A stretch of 64,000 nt of DNA from Tubulanus polymorphus (lineage: Eukaryota; Animalia; Nemertea), in the NCBI RefSeq assembly GCF_964204645.1, contig NC_134028.1, forward strand, positions 15,755,653 to 15,819,652. Reading direction: 5' to 3'. Below, in pieces: positions 60,170-64,000 of the stretch (the first letter of the stretch is position 1; each line of letters opens with the position of its first letter). The translations under genes were made by a program, and so were the position numbers. The notes beneath the pieces were generated by a model. It was not told the origin of the DNA and did no database searches. It was given only the letters and a program-made list of their open reading frames with translations.

Positions 60170-61108
60170 GATCTTCTCACGACCCAGATGACCCATTTGG
60201 TCATGAACTAAATCTAAAACTATAGACCTCTCTGAATCAGGCAAAATGACACGGAAATGCTGGACATCATGAAAACAAAATTGGGTTGCATCCTTCTGCC
60301 ACCTACGATCCTGGCGACAAGAAGAGCTGAAACTACCCGTAGCTCTAATATGGCTGATACGCCTCAAATCAAGATCATTTTCCTGAGTGAGAACAAGATC
60401 CCTGTTGTCTCTAAAATAATTACTACCAATCTGTTCACTTGAGGCTTGAACGTCAGATGGAAAAGATACTGACCCTGTACAAGACACAGCCTGAACTACT
60501 GCAGTCTACATTGACTTTTGGACTTAAAGCATCTGCATCCACGTTACTCTTACCGCATTGATATTCCAGAGAAAGTTCAGCTTTAGTCAAACTTTGCAAC
60601 CAATGATGACACCAGGTGTCAACTGAGGGTCTTCTCACGACCCAGATGACCCATTTGGTCATGAACTAAATCTAAAACAATAGACCTCTCTGAAAAAGGC
60701 AAAACGACACGGAAATGCTGTACACTATTCTCTAATACTCTTCGGCATAAAAAACCATCATGAAAACAAAATTGGGTTGCATCCTTTCCCCACCTATGAT
60801 CCTGGCGACAAGAAGAGCTGAAACTACCCGTAGCTCTAAAATGGCTGATAATACGCCTCAAATCAGGATCATTTTCCTGAGTGAGAACAAGATCCCTGTT
60901 GTCTCTAAAATAATTACTACCAATCTGTTCACTTGAGGCTTGAACGTCAGATGGAAAAGATACTGACCCTGTACAAGACAAAGCCTGAACTACTGCAGAG
61001 TCTACATTGACTTTTGGACTCAAAGCATCTGCATCCACGTGACTCTAACCGGATTGATATTCCAGAGAAAGTTCAACTTTAGCCAAACTTTACAACCAAC
61101 GATGACAC
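60170..61108. repeat. Tandem duplication (~450 bp) inside the Gypsy pol
   Basis: 60170-60615 repeats 60630-61108; the left copy lacks a ~35-bp segment. Confidence 0.9.
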
Positions 61109-64000
61109 GTGGCGTCAAGTTTCGCTGTGGTTAACACATATGTAAGGGGGTTGCTATCAGTTTTTACAGTGCACTTACTGTCGTATACATAATCATAAAT
61201 TACCTCCGAGAAAGCCCATTTTTAAGCCAAAAAATTATAATTTATGGGCTGGGTAGTTCTTCTAAGAGTCTTTCAATCCCCGACTCGCAAATTGGTTCTG
61301 ATATAGACATGCCCCTAAACCGTTAAGTGACGCATCAGTATGTAACTCAAAGGGAAGACTATCCTCAGCATAGGCAAGCACCGGAGGTTAACATATACGT
61401 TTCAATGTATCAAAAGCATTTTGTTGGGCTTCACCCTACATTCGATATAGAAATACTTTTCCCTGATCCAGACTTTAACACTCCCTTAAGAGATCGTTGA
61501 TAGGTTTTGCTATCTTCGCGAAATCCGGTACAAAGGGACAGTAATACGATGTGAACCCCACAAAACTCCGAACCTCTCCAGCCGTCTCAGGAATTTCCAA
61601 TAAAACACAGTCTTATTTTTTGGGGGTCTGGCTCAATGCCAGCCTCTGTGACTGTATGGCCCAAATACAAAATCTTCAGTTTCGAGGATTTTAACTTGAG
61701 CCCTGCATTTTGCAGCTATTCGAAAATGTTAGTTAATCTGACAATTTGTTCATCGAGAGTATTGAAAAATACTATAATATCGTCGATGTACACAAGGCAT
61801 TCTTTAAGGTTCATATCACCCACACAAACCTCCATTAAACGTTGGAAGGTAGCTGGGGCCCCAGTTAACCCAAATGGCATGGCATCACACTCAAAAAATC
61901 CAAAACCAGGGCCAACAGCAAAGACCGTTCGATCCCTCTGCTTGGACCACAGCTACCTGCCAATACCCACTCTTCAGATAAGACTGGAGAAATACTTAGG
62001 GCCTGAAAAAGCATTAAGATGTTCTTCAATTCTGGGGAGACAATACCTATCGGGGATTGTGTTTTTATAGTTCCTGATAATCTATGCAAAATCGTAATTC
62101 CCCAGTTTTTTTTCTAATCAAAACTACGGGTGAGGCGAAAGCTCTCGATGACGGCCTGATTACCCCAGTTGCCAGCATCATTTTAAGATGTTCCCGGACC
62201 TCGTCAACCATAGCTGGAGGGATGAGTCTATACCGTGGAAAAATCGGGCTATGATCGGATGAATTTATACGATGTTCAACTAGATGCGTCCTACCTAAAT
62301 CCGAATCCGAGGTAGAAAATATAGACCGTCAGGCTCACTATAACGATGTCAATTTGTCCATGGTCTCGGGTACTACATCATTTAATTTAAACATAGATAA
62401 AAATTGTTCTCGTGACATATTATTGTGCCAGACTGTTCAGGAATCTACTAATTATCCTGAGAAAAACTAGATAAATCAGCTTCAACTGAATCATGAGGAG
62501 AATCACGCAATATCTGACAAATTAACTACTTTACGACCCGCCAGTAAATCGACAGCTGAGATAGAACAAATACAAACTCCGGAAGGGATAGAAATTAAAC
62601 GCTGGCCCTTATTACAGATTCTTACTGCGACACGTGAAACTGATGCATAGCCAACTTCCTGAGCGGAAAGAATGACCATAAGTCGTCTAGGGAGACTGCT
62701 ATATAAAGACGATGTCATACTCAAAACATCGGGAGGCAATGTGATTGTGAGCTAAAAGCGAATGTGATTGGCTGTTTTTGGGATATACAGGGAATTCCGG
62801 CGCTACTAAAATGATTATGGGAAAGCCATTTATGGTGAACGTTTCATTGGACTAGGTGCCGTATATGTGCTCATTGCTGGTGAGAATATAATTATTTCAC
62901 ATATCGCCATAGGTATTGTTTCATTTTAATACCCGGTGATTGTGTTGATTGGGATTGAAACGAAATGAATGTTCACTACACAAAGCCTCCATGTGCGCGG
63001 GAGTGCTAAACAATAGACTGTTGCACACACAAACACACGGTCATACTAGACTACTATATGGTGATGCTGTAACGCTGCTCGGCACGTGCAGGTTTGGTAA
63101 TAATGATAACAGGCTGAATAATCGCTGTAGCAGAGGATGAGCACTGTGTTTTCTGTTTGAGAGAATTTATAATAAATTGTAATTTCTTGTGACCTGAAAA
63201 TACTAAGCACCAGACTCTAGGTATAGGTCGAGGTTTGAATATTGTAGTTGTAAATTCCAGGATTTAAAACGATCTTATACTTCGCCCCGGTGTTTTAGCT
63301 TCCGCGGCCATACATTGGAAGAGGTTTCGTTTCCAAGACTCAATTTTCAGCCACCCTCTGATATGTGACACCATATGAATTTTATTTGAATGTTTTTTCA
63401 TATTGTGCGAATATCTTTTTGAAAATATAAAATAGTTTCCCTGCTACGTCTACCTGTACCTACGAAATTTTGGACGTATACCATAAACAAATGTTTATCT
63501 TTGGTCTTATTTGACTACAAAATAATTCTTTAAGAAAGATAAAATACAATATAAACTTCTAGAACTCGACAAAACTGCAAGTCTCAAACTATAAGTCTCC
63601 TCATTAATACATTGAGCTCGTCCAGAGAGCCGAGAATCTGGAAAATTATGTCATCTAAACGGCATGACCACTGACTGACTAATGGATTCCCCGGCTCTCT
63701 GGACAGGGAGATAGAATTGATGTGAGCTTTCTTCAAGCAAATGTACCTCGCTGAATACCAAAGTCATTTTGTCTAGAATGTCTTTGACCGTGGCACCCTC
63801 TCCAGTATTAAATAGCACGCTTACAGCAGAACCTAGTAAAGATCTGCACACGACCATAATAATTTGCAACTCAAATGCACGTATCTCCATTTGCCACTGT
63901 ATTCCCTGCAAATAAAGCTGAACCACTCATCTCGCTAGGCTTCGGCAACGGAGTTTATAAACCTTCAAGGTTAGGGGATGCCGCCATTTTGTCTCTTGAC

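Larger units (their letters stand above)
54490..64000 (-). mobile_element. Degraded Gypsy retrotransposon (PNMA-like gag, RT, RNase H, integrase), interrupted at 54739-59388
   Basis: gag RSLLGSA...ATVKDILDKM..VF; RT CLVYIDDIIVF (~61780) and MPFGL.GAPATFQRLM; HDQMGHLGREK; [19 protein letters not shown]; VGDMVLVK...KLGDKW. Confidence 0.9.

Overview
AT-rich animal genomic DNA (bilaterian-invertebrate-like; the species cannot be determined from the sequence), not prokaryotic. Bases 1-13.6 kb hold a decaying, nested Polinton/Maverick (polintovirus) locus: minor and major capsid, several small membrane-protein genes, packaging ATPase, integrase with chromodomain, NCLDV-type HNH nuclease and a PolB fragment. 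Two features of it stand out. (i) A fixed-spacing 22-nt motif, TAATTTTTT-N7-TAAATG, shaped like a poxvirus late promoter, precedes almost every gene of the structural block. (ii) Two AGT...ACT palindromic hairpins sit at what look like element termini. From 17.07 kb the window carries the first six coding exons of the host exocyst gene EXOC7/Exo70 (+ strand, continuing beyond the window), including a ~9.3-kb U12-type intron. The introns are filled with transposons: DINE-1/HINE-like Helentron derivatives whose ~155-bp core repeats each carry a CTCF-consensus motif, a broken PIF/Harbinger, two Gypsy remnants, a piggyBac derivative, a spliced SWIM/Cys-rich (KDZ/Zisupton-like) element with long TIRs, a LINE ORF1, SINE heads, a Penelope-type hammerhead and many MITEs. 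All family assignments come from motif recognition by eye; no database searches were run.
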